A stretch of DNA of 64,000 nucleotides from an uncultured Legionellales bacterium (GTDB lineage: Bacteria > Pseudomonadota > Gammaproteobacteria > UBA1113): contig CAMFJL010000001.1 of the NCBI GenBank assembly GCA_945957175.1, forward strand, positions 49,346-113,345. The letters run 5' to 3'. Shown here in pieces: positions 1 to 11,162 of the stretch. Both the position numbers and the translations under genes were made by a program. The stretch's first letter is position 1; every line of letters begins with the position of its first letter. The notes under the pieces are model-generated. The model was given only the letters and a program-made list of their open reading frames with translations. It did no database searches and had not been told where the DNA came from.

Positions 1-171
1 GATGTACCTGTAGATAAAGTGGTTGCCTTTGAAGCAGCATTACTTGCTTATTTCCGTAGTGACTGCAAGGCACTGATGGAAAAAATCAACCACGAATTGG
101 CGTGGACGGACGATATTAATCGTGAATTTCAAGACTTAATTGAAGTCTTCAAAACCACGCAAAGCTGGTAA
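1..171 (+). CDS. atpA: F0F1 ATP synthase subunit alpha, C-terminal fragment (5' end lies outside the window)
   Basis: Frame 1 is open from base 1 to TAA at 169-171 ([21 protein letters not shown]...TTQSW*). It lies 5 nt upstream of atpG in the canonical atpA-G-D-C order. Confidence 0.8.
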   Translation, partial: DVPVDKVVAFEAALLAYFRSDCKALMEKINHELAWTDDINREFQDLIEVFKTTQSW

Positions 172-176
172 GTGTT

Positions 177-1037
177 ATGGCATTTGCAAAAGAGATTCGT
201 ACTAAAATCACCAGCGTCAAAAAAACGCAGAAAATTACGAAAGCCATGGAACTAGTGGCCGCTAGTAAAATGCGTAAAGCGCAAGATAGAATGCAGCTAA
301 CAAGGCCGTATGCTAGAAAAATACGACAAGTTGTAGGTCACCTAGCCAATGGTCATTCTGAATATCATCATCCATATATCATTGCGCGTCAAGTCAAGCG
401 CGTTGGTATGATTGTGGTTTCTACTGACCGAGGTCTTTGTGGCAATTTAAATAACGGTTTATTTAAAGCAGTCACTTTGCAGTTGCGTGATTGGGACAAA
501 AAAGATGTGCCAGCGTCACTTTGCTTAATTGGTAATAAAGCTGTTGGTTTTTTTCGTCGTTTGAAAGCTCAAATCTTAGGGGTAACAACGCACTTAGGCG
601 ATAGCCCTAGTTTATCAGACACCATTGGTGTCACAAAAGTTATGTTAGATGCTTTTGATCAAGGCGAGATTGATGAGCTGTACATTGCTTATAATGATTT
701 TGTTAATACCATGCAGCAAAAACCCGTCATTGAAAGACTACTACCTTTAGTGCCAGAACCTGAAGATACTCAGCGACATTACTGGGATTATGTTTATGAG
801 CCTGATGCTAGAGATTTAATTAATGGTTTATTAACGCGTTATATTGAATCACAAGTATTTCAAAGTGTTGTTGAAAACATTGCAAGTGAGCAAGCTGCGC
901 GTATGGTAGCCATGAAAAGTGCGACAGATAATGCAGGTGAAATTATTGAAGAGCTACGATTGGCATATAACAAAGTACGACAAGCTGCAATTACACGAGA
1001 AATTGCAGAAATTGTTTCGGGTGCTGATGCTGTTTAA
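177..1037 (+). CDS. atpG: F0F1 ATP synthase subunit gamma
   Basis: 286 aa. N-terminus '[33 protein letters not shown]' and C-terminus '[12 protein letters not shown]' are typical of gamma subunits. Operon position fits. Confidence 0.95.
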   Translation: MAFAKEIRTKITSVKKTQKITKAMELVAASKMRKAQDRMQLTRPYARKIRQVVGHLANGHSEYHHPYIIARQVKRVGMIVVSTDRGLCGNLNNGLFKAVTLQLRDWDKKDVPASLCLIGNKAVGFFRRLKAQILGVTTHLGDSPSLSDTIGVTKVMLDAFDQGEIDELYIAYNDFVNTMQQKPVIERLLPLVPEPEDTQRHYWDYVYEPDARDLINGLLTRYIESQVFQSVVENIASEQAARMVAMKSATDNAGEIIEELRLAYNKVRQAAITREIAEIVSGADAV

Positions 1038-1052
1038 TGCAGAATTTTATAA

Positions 1053-2450
<1,398 letters not shown>

Positions 2451-2461
2451 GGTAAATAATT

Positions 2462-2893
2462 ATGTTAAATCAAACCATGCTTATCAACGTAACCATTGTT
2501 AGCGCAGAGCAGCATCTCTATACAGGAAAAGCTGCCCTAGTTGTTGCCAGCGGCGTGTTAGGTGAGCTTGGTATTCCTTATGGTCACACACAGTTGCTTA
2601 CCGAATTAAAGCCAGGTCAAGTGCGTTTAGTTCAAGCCGATGGTACAGAAGAGATATTTTATATTTCGGGTGGCTTTCTTGAGGTACAGCCAGACAGAGT
2701 TACTGTGCTCGCTGATGTTGGATTGCGTGCTGCAGATTTAGATGAAATCAAAGCAGAAGAAGCCCTGAGAGTTGCAAGAGAGCGTTTGAGCCAACAAGCG
2801 GAAGAACAAGAATATGCTGTTGCCTTAGCTGAAATTGCGAATGCCAGCGCTCAATTACAAGCTATTCGATTATTACGCAAGCATTTAGTGTAG
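2462..2893 (+). CDS. atpC: F0F1 ATP synthase subunit epsilon
   Basis: 143 aa immediately after atpD. 'GELGIPYGHTQLLTELKPGQVR' is typical of epsilon subunits. Confidence 0.9.
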   Translation: MLNQTMLINVTIVSAEQHLYTGKAALVVASGVLGELGIPYGHTQLLTELKPGQVRLVQADGTEEIFYISGGFLEVQPDRVTVLADVGLRAADLDEIKAEEALRVARERLSQQAEEQEYAVALAEIANASAQLQAIRLLRKHLV

Positions 2894-2913
2894 CCATAGA
2901 GAGCAGCTTACCC

Positions 2914-4341
2914 ATGACAGAAACAACGACAGTGCCCGTGAGCAAGCCCCCGCTTGCCATTGTTATTTTGGCAGCAGGCCAAGGTACGCGTATGCTATCC
3001 GATACGCCTAAAGTGCTGCATCCGCTTGCAGCAAAGCCATTATTAACCCATGTGATCGATACTGCTATGACGCTTGTCGACCCGACATCGATTTATGTGG
3101 TGTATGGCCATGGCGGTGAACGTATCCGCGAATCTTACCTACATACCTCAGTGCATTGGGTGCTACAGACTGAGCAATTGGGTACCGGCCACGCTGTTAA
3201 TCAAGTGATGCCTCATATCGCAGATGATGCGCGCTTATTGGTCCTCTGCGGTGATGTACCGCTCTTGACACCAGAGACCTTATCGCGTCTTGTAACAACC
3301 ACCCCCGACGATGCTTTGGGCTTGCTTACCGCCGAAGTGCCTGAACCAAGGGGACTCGGACGCATTGTGCGAGATGCGAACCGCACCATTGAAGCCATTG
3401 TTGAAGAACGTGATGCTGATGCACCGACACGTGCAATTCGTGAAATTTATTCAGGTGTCATGATTGCACCTGCGGGTAAGCTTCGTGCTTGGTTGGCACG
3501 CGTCGATAATCATAATGATCAAGGCGAATATTATCTCACCAGTATTGTGGCACTGGCCATTGCCGAAGGTATCGCTGTTGTAAATAGTACACCAGAAGCA
3601 CTTTATGAAATTGCGGGTGTTAACGATAGATCTCAGCTTGCTGAACTTGAACGTATTTATCAACATATCCAAGCAAAAAAACTTGCTAAAGCCGGCGTAA
3701 CGATTGCTGATTTAAATCGCATTGATATCCGTGGTGAGGTTCGAGCTGCACGTGATAGCTTTATTGATGTGGGTGTTATATTACAAGGTAAAGTTATTTT
3801 AGGCGAGGGTTGCCATATTGGCCCTTATTGCGTTTTAACTGATGTTGAAATTGCGCCAGGTGCGCAGATTCGCGCGCATTCTGTTGTTGAAGGTGCAAAG
3901 CTGGGTGCGCACACGATTGTAGGACCTTTTGCAAGAGTGCGCCCAGGCACTGTGATGCAAGATAATGCGATGATTGGCAATTTTGTTGAAGTCAAGAATA
4001 CAACGTTGGGTTATGGTGCTAAAGCCAGTCACCTAAGTTATTTAGGGGATGCAACCATCGGTCAGCGTGTCAATATTGGTGCAGGTACTATCACCTGTAA
4101 TTATGATGGTGTGAATAAACATAAAACCATCATTGACGATGATGCTTTTATTGGGTCTAATACTTCTTTGGTCGCGCCCATTCATGTGGGACGAGGGGCA
4201 ACCCTAGGGGCAGGTTCTACTGTCTCTAAAGATGTGCCTTCGGGGCAGTTAACTGTTGCGCGCGCGAAAGCAGTGTCATTGGCGAATTGGCAGCGTCCAC
4301 AAAAACAAAAGATGGACAAAAGCGATAAAGTCTCCGAGTGA
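2914..4341 (+). CDS. glmU: Bifunctional GlcNAc-1-P uridyltransferase / GlcN-1-P acetyltransferase
   Basis: N-terminal 'ILAAGQGTRM' nucleotidyltransferase motif. C-terminal left-handed beta-helix hexapeptide repeats (IGxxVxIGAGTIT...). Confidence 0.95.
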   Translation: MTETTTVPVSKPPLAIVILAAGQGTRMLSDTPKVLHPLAAKPLLTHVIDTAMTLVDPTSIYVVYGHGGERIRESYLHTSVHWVLQTEQLGTGHAVNQVMPHIADDARLLVLCGDVPLLTPETLSRLVTTTPDDALGLLTAEVPEPRGLGRIVRDANRTIEAIVEERDADAPTRAIREIYSGVMIAPAGKLRAWLARVDNHNDQGEYYLTSIVALAIAEGIAVVNSTPEALYEIAGVNDRSQLAELERIYQHIQAKKLAKAGVTIADLNRIDIRGEVRAARDSFIDVGVILQGKVILGEGCHIGPYCVLTDVEIAPGAQIRAHSVVEGAKLGAHTIVGPFARVRPGTVMQDNAMIGNFVEVKNTTLGYGAKASHLSYLGDATIGQRVNIGAGTITCNYDGVNKHKTIIDDDAFIGSNTSLVAPIHVGRGATLGAGSTVSKDVPSGQLTVARAKAVSLANWQRPQKQKMDKSDKVSE

Positions 4342-4351
4342 GGTAATAAAT

Positions 4352-6175
4352 ATGTGTGGTATTGTCGGTGCAGTTGCTAGGCGAGATATTGTGCCTGTGT
4401 TATTAACGGGTCTTCAGCGCTTAGAATATCGAGGATATGATTCTGCAGGGATTGCCGGTTTAACCCCTGATGGCGATCTTTTTCGTATGCGTGTTGCTGG
4501 CAAAGTGGCGGCGCTTGCCGATAGTGTCGCAGCACAACCCGTCACAGCACATATTGGTATTGCTCATACAAGATGGGCGACACACGGCAAGCCCACTGAA
4601 CATAATGCCCACCCGCATCAATCAGGACAAGATTTGGTCTTAGTACACAATGGGATCATTGAAAACCATGAATCGCTTCATGAGATGTTAAGCGCTAAAG
4701 GATATCGTTTTGAAACAGAAACCGATACTGAAGTGGTGGCCCATCTTTTGCATGAAGCTTTGCGAACAGAAACCTCCTTGTTGGCTGCTGTTCAACAAGT
4801 CATGCCGCAATTGCAAGGCTCTTATGCCTTAGTTGTGCTCAATGCAAAAGAGCCAACGCGATTGGTTGGTGTGTGCCAGGGCAATCCTTTGGTGGTGGGT
4901 CTTGGTAACGACGGCAATTTTTTAGCGTCGGATAGTTTAGCCTTATTACCCTTTACCCAAACCTTTGTTTTCTTGAAGCCTGGCGATATCGTCGATATGG
5001 GTATTGAAAGCTATGCTATCTATGATAATCATGGCCATTTACAACAACGCGCTCCTCGTTTTATTGATATGACGCACGATAGCGTTAATAAAGGCAATTA
5101 TCGGCATTACATGCAAAAAGAAATTTTTGAGCAAGTGGCTGCGATACAAGCAACTCTGGAAGGACGCATCGGATCACATCATATTTTACCGGCTGTATTA
5201 GGCGCCGAAGCAGAAACTTTATTACCTAAGGTAGATAAAGTGCAGATTGTTGCGTGCGGAACCAGTTACCATGCAGGACTTGTTGCTAAATATTGGTTAG
5301 AGTCAATTGCAAAAGTTTCTTGTGCAGTTGAAGTCGCAAGTGAATACCGTTATCGTGATAAAGTGATTGAGCCAAATACTTTGCTGGTCGCTATCTCACA
5401 ATCGGGTGAAACTGCGGATACTTTGAGTGCCTTTAGACAAGCGAAAGCTGAATGCTTAGGTACGCTTGCTATTTGTAATGTCCCTGAAAGTGCTTTAGTT
5501 CGTGAGGCTGATCTTGTTTTCATGACCCGTGCGGGTGTTGAAATCGGTGTAGCATCGACAAAAGCGTTTACTACGCAATTATGTGCCTTATTCCTGTTTA
5601 CGCTAGCATTAGCACACGCGAAACAGCGTGCTGTGCCAGCAGCGCTGATTGAAGAACTAGGTCAATTACCCGGACTTATTGAACAAACACTTAATCTTGA
5701 TACCGCGATTGCAGCCATTGCTAATCGTTTTGTTGGTTTAGAGCATACTTTGTTTTTAGGGCGTGGCCTTGAGTTGCCTATTGCTTATGAAGGTTCACTC
5801 AAATTAAAAGAAATTTCATATATTCACGCAGAGGCCTACCCTGCCGGTGAGCTTAAGCATGGGCCACTTGCTTTGGTTGACAGAGATATGATGATAGTTG
5901 TGCTGGCGCCATATGATGAATTATTAGAAAAACTAAAATCGAATATCCAAGAAGTGAAAGCACGAGGCGGTCAAATTCTTGTATTTGCCGATGCAAAAGC
6001 GAATATTCAAAATGAGCCTGGTGTAACAGTGCTCACTATGCCAAATATTCATGCGATATTAGCACCGATTATCTATGCGATTCCGCTACAGCTTTTGGCC
6101 TATCACGTTGCTGTATTAAAAGGCACAGATGTTGATCAGCCTAGAAATCTCGCAAAATCTGTGACAGTTGAGTAG
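4352..6175 (+). CDS. glmS: Glutamine--fructose-6-phosphate aminotransferase
   Basis: Starts 'MCGIVGAV' (Cys2 nucleophile) after a GAGG-like SD. SIS-domain motifs 'ISQSGETADT', C-terminal '...KSVTVE'. The tracked ORF start at 4256 is an upstream in-frame extension. Confidence 0.95.
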   Translation: MCGIVGAVARRDIVPVLLTGLQRLEYRGYDSAGIAGLTPDGDLFRMRVAGKVAALADSVAAQPVTAHIGIAHTRWATHGKPTEHNAHPHQSGQDLVLVHNGIIENHESLHEMLSAKGYRFETETDTEVVAHLLHEALRTETSLLAAVQQVMPQLQGSYALVVLNAKEPTRLVGVCQGNPLVVGLGNDGNFLASDSLALLPFTQTFVFLKPGDIVDMGIESYAIYDNHGHLQQRAPRFIDMTHDSVNKGNYRHYMQKEIFEQVAAIQATLEGRIGSHHILPAVLGAEAETLLPKVDKVQIVACGTSYHAGLVAKYWLESIAKVSCAVEVASEYRYRDKVIEPNTLLVAISQSGETADTLSAFRQAKAECLGTLAICNVPESALVREADLVFMTRAGVEIGVASTKAFTTQLCALFLFTLALAHAKQRAVPAALIEELGQLPGLIEQTLNLDTAIAAIANRFVGLEHTLFLGRGLELPIAYEGSLKLKEISYIHAEAYPAGELKHGPLALVDRDMMIVVLAPYDELLEKLKSNIQEVKARGGQILVFADAKANIQNEPGVTVLTMPNIHAILAPIIYAIPLQLLAYHVAVLKGTDVDQPRNLAKSVTVE

Positions 6176-6178
6176 ATT

Positions 6179-6796
6179 TTGAAAAACCAGCGCTTATTAT
6201 GTCTTGGCGCTTTGTGGGTGCTAGCGAGCTTTCTTGTTGCCTGTACGCCCGCACCACCCAAAAATGTGCAAAACGTTTGTGCCATCTTTCGCCAATACCC
6301 TAATTGGTATCGAGCAGCGCATAAAACCCAAGAACGTTGGGGGGTTCCAGTAGGCACCCAAATGGCTATCATTATGCAAGAATCGGGTTTTAACGGTGCC
6401 ATCAAACCACCCCGTAAGAAATTATTATGGGTTATTCCTTGGAAGCGACCGACGACTGCGTATGGTTATGCGCAGTCAGTGAATGGTACTTGGACGCAAT
6501 ATGAAAATGCAACGGGTAATCATGGTGCAAAACGTAATAACTTTAAAGATGCCAGTGATTTTATTGGCTGGTATAGTCATCAAGCCCATACTAAAGCCGG
6601 TATTTCTATCAATGATCCCTACCATTTGTACTTGGCGTACCATGAAGGTATTGGTGCATATCAAAAGGGCAGTTATCGCAATCAAGCTTGGTTGACCGAT
6701 GTTGCCAGAAGGGTGCAATATCACGCCAATACTTATCAACAGCAGCTTGCTGGGTGTCAGCATGAGTTTGATGAACCTTGGTGGCATTTTTGGTAA
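6179..6796 (+). CDS. Lipoprotein with a lytic-transglycosylase (SLT-like) signature
   Basis: Signal peptide plus lipobox 'FLVAC'. 'AIIMQESGFNG' resembles the SLT catalytic Glu-Ser motif. TTG start. Confidence 0.6.
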   Translation: MKNQRLLCLGALWVLASFLVACTPAPPKNVQNVCAIFRQYPNWYRAAHKTQERWGVPVGTQMAIIMQESGFNGAIKPPRKKLLWVIPWKRPTTAYGYAQSVNGTWTQYENATGNHGAKRNNFKDASDFIGWYSHQAHTKAGISINDPYHLYLAYHEGIGAYQKGSYRNQAWLTDVARRVQYHANTYQQQLAGCQHEFDEPWWHFW

Positions 6797-6832
6797 TCAC
6801 TTTTCTTTGTATCATGGCTGTTACGAACGACC

Positions 6833-6861
6833 TTGCCTAAGATGTCAAAAAAGTGTATAAT
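6833..6861 (+). promoter_or_regulatory. Candidate sigma70 promoter for the GC-rich ORF at 6896
   Basis: 'TTGCCT' (6833-6838), 17-nt spacer, 'TATAAT' (6856-6861), about 35 nt upstream of the start. Confidence 0.3.
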
Positions 6862-6895
6862 AAATGACTAGTTTGATATTAACGAGGGTAGGCCG

Positions 6896-8839
6896 TTGGC
6901 AAAAGAGCGTGAAGCATTACAAATAGAGCTAGAGCTCCATCGTATCCTTCGTGATCGAGCGCCCAATTTACCCAATATGATTCAACTTTCACGGGTCATC
7001 GCTGAGTATACGCATACGCTTAACCAACAGATTGAGAGAAAAAATCGCCCACGAGGTGGATTTCTTAGTGTTGACGAACTTGCCGATTTACATCGTAAAC
7101 GCCAAGCAGCAGTCGCTGTTTTTGATAGTCTGCCGCCGGTGCTACAGCGCTTCGTCGCAGAATCCTTTAGAGATGAAGATAGGTTCTATGAGCTACAGGC
7201 GCAAAAGGCTGAGCTTGCAGGGCTTAGTGATCCAACTAACGCCACAGCTGCTGCTGCCGCACACGCACTCGCTGAGGCTCGACCTGCAACGCGAGAAGCC
7301 TTAGATGGACAAGCGGTTCGTGACAGCCTCGCCAATGAGGATTTCGAACTGGCGGCGCTGGGCCTGCGTCATGGTTCTGAAAGGCGTAAACACCTTGTCT
7401 CCCTCGCGAGTGACTTGGCCGATCGGCTGTTCCAGTTTATGGCACAATCAGCGACGCTGGGACATATTCCCTCGCCTAGGCTTCAACAAGCGATTGAGCA
7501 TCAAATGGCTGTTATTGCGCAGCAGGCGCAACTATTTCCGGCCAACTCGGATGAACGCGGTGCACTTGACGCTGCGCAGCAACGATTGCAGGCTGCTCTG
7601 GATGCACTTATGGGCATCGAGTTTGGAGAAGCGCCGGCGCCAAGATCTCACCGCGGACAGGCGAACGTTAACGTCCGCTGGAGTGCTATGCCTACGCCTC
7701 TGCCTGTCCCGGAACTTTTATCGGCGGGCACTGCTTTTCCAGGCACTTGGCCAGAGCACGAACTCACACCGCAGCCGCCACCATCTGTGACTAGCATGCA
7801 TGCTGCAGCATTAACACCGCCAGCATCTGGAGGGGCGGCATCACCACCGCCAGCACCTGCGCTCGATATCTCGTTAACTGCACCAACGCCGCCACCGCCG
7901 CACGATATCAGTTTAACTGGGCCTACTGTACATGGATATAACTTTCGCCGAAGCGAGGCTAAAGGCGAGCAGCTGTGGTCTTCCGAGCGGCAAGCGGGTA
8001 ATTCTATTGGTCCTATTACTATCACGCCTGATTCAAGTAATCCAGCCCATTATCGGGTTAAATATGATTGTGGAGCAGGTATTCATCCACAGTTATTAGG
8101 CGATCTGCGGAAGTTTACGCCAGAAAGGCTTGCTCAAATGGCTGTGATACCTGGCAATGCGCCTCGCTATCCTATCCGTCACGAAACCATAGAGATTTAT
8201 CAAGGTGCGCAAAGTCTGACATGTAAGTTAGAGGCGTTGCCCGGGCCCTCAGGTAATGCGATGCAGTCTATTTCTTCAAGCCGTATGCAGGTGAGTTTTG
8301 AAATGTTGGCAGATGACGGCAGACGTTTAAGCGAAGCGCATGCACTTGGTGCAATGCCTTATAATGCTGCAGTATTAACTGTTTCCGATGCAACGGCACA
8401 AGAGGCTGTAGCTATAAAAGCGTCAGCGCTGAAGCAGGCACTGCTTCGAGGCGTGTTACCCATCTTACCGCCCAGAGAGCTAACGCAAGTATGTCAATGG
8501 TTATACCAACATGACCGGGTTAATTATGAGCCGCTTATGCAAGCGCTGAACGTGCTTGCAAGTCAAAGCCTGAATTTACCAGAGACTAGCTCGGTGAAAG
8601 TATTTATCAAAGAAGAATATCAAAACGTGGTGTTAGCAGAGCAGCGCGTAGCATCGAATGGTAGCTTACTTGCACCGTTATCTGCAACACGAGGCAGGTT
8701 TGCCGAAGGTGAGGACCCTTTACCACGGCTAATTGCTGATTATCAAGAAATTGCGGCGAGCGTGCCTGGTTTGGCGCCTGTAGCGCCGACGTCGGGGTCA
8801 ACACCGCCGATACCATCTACACCTATACCTACAAGATAA
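6896..8839 (+). CDS. Hypothetical proline/alanine-rich protein (647 aa), compositionally foreign, effector candidate
   Basis: Long ORF with a TTG start. Much higher GC than its flanks. Pro-rich core with an internal 'DISLT' duplication. No recognisable catalytic motif. Confidence 0.6.
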   Translation: MAKEREALQIELELHRILRDRAPNLPNMIQLSRVIAEYTHTLNQQIERKNRPRGGFLSVDELADLHRKRQAAVAVFDSLPPVLQRFVAESFRDEDRFYELQAQKAELAGLSDPTNATAAAAAHALAEARPATREALDGQAVRDSLANEDFELAALGLRHGSERRKHLVSLASDLADRLFQFMAQSATLGHIPSPRLQQAIEHQMAVIAQQAQLFPANSDERGALDAAQQRLQAALDALMGIEFGEAPAPRSHRGQANVNVRWSAMPTPLPVPELLSAGTAFPGTWPEHELTPQPPPSVTSMHAAALTPPASGGAASPPPAPALDISLTAPTPPPPHDISLTGPTVHGYNFRRSEAKGEQLWSSERQAGNSIGPITITPDSSNPAHYRVKYDCGAGIHPQLLGDLRKFTPERLAQMAVIPGNAPRYPIRHETIEIYQGAQSLTCKLEALPGPSGNAMQSISSSRMQVSFEMLADDGRRLSEAHALGAMPYNAAVLTVSDATAQEAVAIKASALKQALLRGVLPILPPRELTQVCQWLYQHDRVNYEPLMQALNVLASQSLNLPETSSVKVFIKEEYQNVVLAEQRVASNGSLLAPLSATRGRFAEGEDPLPRLIADYQEIAASVPGLAPVAPTSGSTPPIPSTPIPTR

Positions 8840-8887
8840 CGCATAAATTCTGTTGTATTTGAAAATGCAAAAAATCGCGGATGTATG

Positions 8888-8917
8888 TTTGTAGTAGCGA
8901 CCCTTGTGGTTGCCCGC
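8888..8917 (-). repeat. Family C short dispersed repeat (inverted copy)
   Basis: 'tttgtagtagcgacccttgtggttgcccgc' is the reverse complement of the 'GGCAnCCACAAGG....CTACAA' core seen at 37231-37255 and 48856-48879. Confidence 0.6.
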
Positions 8918-9000
8918 GCAGTTCTTGAAAAAGCGTTTTACAGACAAGCACTTGCGCATATTGACGTTAATTGAGTATATATCAAAAATGAGGAAGAAAG

Positions 9001-10131
9001 ATGAGTCCAGAACTAATAGCTGCGTTATCACAATACAGAAATGATCCTAATGATACAACATTAGAAGCAGTCATTCCGCATATGATACAGGAGTATGGGT
9101 TACGACAAGATAAGAAAAATCCATTAAAATATTATGAGCAAATGACACTATTTTTTAGTGAGATAGCCGATTGTTTAAAACCACAAACAAGTTCTAGCGA
9201 TGCTGAATCTTCATCGTTTAGCGACGGGGAAGATTCACAGACAAGTCCTGTTGATACTATGCCTTCATCGTCTTCATTTTTGCCTATGAAATCGTCAGGC
9301 TTTTTTGCAGCATCCAGTATAAGTCCTTCATCAGTGGTGGCTCAAGAAATAATAGCTTTTCAAGCAAGTACTTTATGGATTGAGTTTTGGAGTCAATTAG
9401 GCATAGAACTATTTAAACAAATAAGTGATTTTCGAAATCGCAGCACATCGACACCAGAGAAAGGCTTATTGATAGCCATCGTGCATCAACAATTATTCGG
9501 TGCAGATTTTTCTACCGCTTTTGAAGCATATCCAGCAACTTGGGATCTATGGAAACAGCATATTCAAGATAAGTTTGTGGCACTTTCACGGGCATTAACA
9601 GATAGTCCCATACAAAAAGCATTTTGGGAGCGCCTCTATAAAGTCGAGGCGGCTAATGTAACAGATCAAGGCGATAAGCGTGGTGCTAAAATCATTTATC
9701 AACTCGTCTTTGATTTTATTGTTTCGTTTAAGGTGCTGGCCATAGACATGGCTACGCGGTACTTACGCCCGATAGAAGTGATAACCACAGTTAAAAATGC
9801 GGTACCGATTTATCGTACAAATGCTGGTGATACGGTAGATGGTATTACGGATGACATGGCAGCGCTTATCGTGCTGTGGCAAACCCTTGCAACATCTCAT
9901 CCGACATTGTTGCCAGTGTTATCCGAAGCTACTCAGGCGGCCGTAGCGCAATATCACAAAGATGTCGTTGTAGAGTCAGTATGGCTAGGGCCACGTTCTT
10001 CTAAGTCTGCGCTATTCCAAGCTTCGGCTTCAGGAGAAAGGCACCCCTTATTATCGAAACGCGGTTCTATTCAAGCGGCACTCGAAACTGACGAAGCTAA
10101 AGCTGATTGTTGCGCTTGTCCCATTTTTTAG
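9001..10131 (+). CDS. Hypothetical protein with a Ser-rich linker and C-terminal Cys cluster/CaaX-like 'CCACPIF'
   Basis: 376-aa ORF with SD 'gaggaag' upstream. The last four residues are C-P-I-F, directly followed by the stop. Confidence 0.65.
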   Translation: MSPELIAALSQYRNDPNDTTLEAVIPHMIQEYGLRQDKKNPLKYYEQMTLFFSEIADCLKPQTSSSDAESSSFSDGEDSQTSPVDTMPSSSSFLPMKSSGFFAASSISPSSVVAQEIIAFQASTLWIEFWSQLGIELFKQISDFRNRSTSTPEKGLLIAIVHQQLFGADFSTAFEAYPATWDLWKQHIQDKFVALSRALTDSPIQKAFWERLYKVEAANVTDQGDKRGAKIIYQLVFDFIVSFKVLAIDMATRYLRPIEVITTVKNAVPIYRTNAGDTVDGITDDMAALIVLWQTLATSHPTLLPVLSEATQAAVAQYHKDVVVESVWLGPRSSKSALFQASASGERHPLLSKRGSIQAALETDEAKADCCACPIF

Positions 10132-10154
10132 AGGTATAATAGCGACTTTCTTTA

Positions 10155-11147
10155 TTGCTAAAGGTGTCCATCGTGTTTGATCTCCATGCCTATGCAGGTA
10201 AGCGAATTGTGGTGACAGGTAGTAGTGGCTACCTGGCAAACCAGTTAATTCATAAGCTGTGCCAGCAACGCTGTCATATTACGCGTGTTGCGAGTTCTGG
10301 CGCTGTTCTCAGTCTGGTACAGGGCGAGTGCGAACTTGACGATGTCATTGGTGATTTAACCTCTCTGGTTTTTTGGGAGCCTATATTACCTGCAGCGGAT
10401 ATTGTGTTTCATTTTGCGGGACGTGCCAACATTGCCCTGGCAAATCAAGACCCACTGGATGATTTACATTACAATGTTTTACCTTTGTTAACACTGTTAG
10501 AAGCGTGTAAACGTTATGGACGTAAGCCAACGATAATTCTTGCTAGCACCGTGAGTGTGTATGGTGCTTCACAAACACTGCCAGTCACAGAGCAAACGCA
10601 CATTGAACCGCGCTCTATTTATGATTTACACAAATGGCAATCAGAACATTATCTGCGTTATTATGTAGAACTTGGTTGGGTGCATGGTGTGGCTTTGCGT
10701 TTAGCGAATGTGTATGGTCCAGATGTACGTCCAGGTAGTCAGGCCTACGGTGTGATTAATCGTTTTATTACTCAGGCCTTAAGAGATGAGCCTATCAGTC
10801 TTTATGAGCCTGGTACAGCTAAACGTGATTATATTTATGTCGATGATTTGGCGCATGCTTTTTTACAAGCGGGTGTTCTTGGCGATAAGCTAGCGGGGCA
10901 AGTATTGAATGTTGCCAGCGGACAAGCTTACAGTACCGAGATCATCGCAGAAAAAGTCAAAATGCATGTGGGGGAGCTCATTGGGCGTGCGCCAGTGATC
11001 GAACGTTTACCTGCACCTATTGCAGCACAAACTGGGACCACAAGACATTTATCGGTTGATATCAGCGCCATCACGCGTGCGCTTGGATGGCAGCCGCAAG
11101 TTGATATTGATACAGGTATTGCATTAACGCTTGCGGCCTTACGTTAA
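10155..11147 (+). CDS. NAD-dependent epimerase/dehydratase (extended SDR)
   Basis: Rossmann motif 'VVTGSSGYLANQL' and catalytic 'YDLHK' (YxxxK). Start uncertain (TTG at 10155 or a downstream GTG). Confidence 0.85.
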   Translation: MLKVSIVFDLHAYAGKRIVVTGSSGYLANQLIHKLCQQRCHITRVASSGAVLSLVQGECELDDVIGDLTSLVFWEPILPAADIVFHFAGRANIALANQDPLDDLHYNVLPLLTLLEACKRYGRKPTIILASTVSVYGASQTLPVTEQTHIEPRSIYDLHKWQSEHYLRYYVELGWVHGVALRLANVYGPDVRPGSQAYGVINRFITQALRDEPISLYEPGTAKRDYIYVDDLAHAFLQAGVLGDKLAGQVLNVASGQAYSTEIIAEKVKMHVGELIGRAPVIERLPAPIAAQTGTTRHLSVDISAITRALGWQPQVDIDTGIALTLAALR

Positions 11148-11162
11148 TTTTAGGTACACATT

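Noticed and set aside
4256-4351. Upstream in-frame extension of glmS in the ORF track, overlapping the glmU 3' end.
   Set aside because: GlmS needs an N-terminal Met-Cys, with Cys as the nucleophile after Met removal. 'MCGIVG' starts at 4352 behind a good SD, so the extension is a reading-frame artefact.
7305-8025. Long alternative-frame and antisense ORFs (7305..7790 plus strand, 7648..8025 minus strand, 7032..7304 plus strand) inside the 6896..8839 gene.
   Set aside because: They are typical shadow ORFs caused by the locally high GC. They are nested in a much longer ORF and have Arg/Ser/Leu-rich nonsense-like composition.
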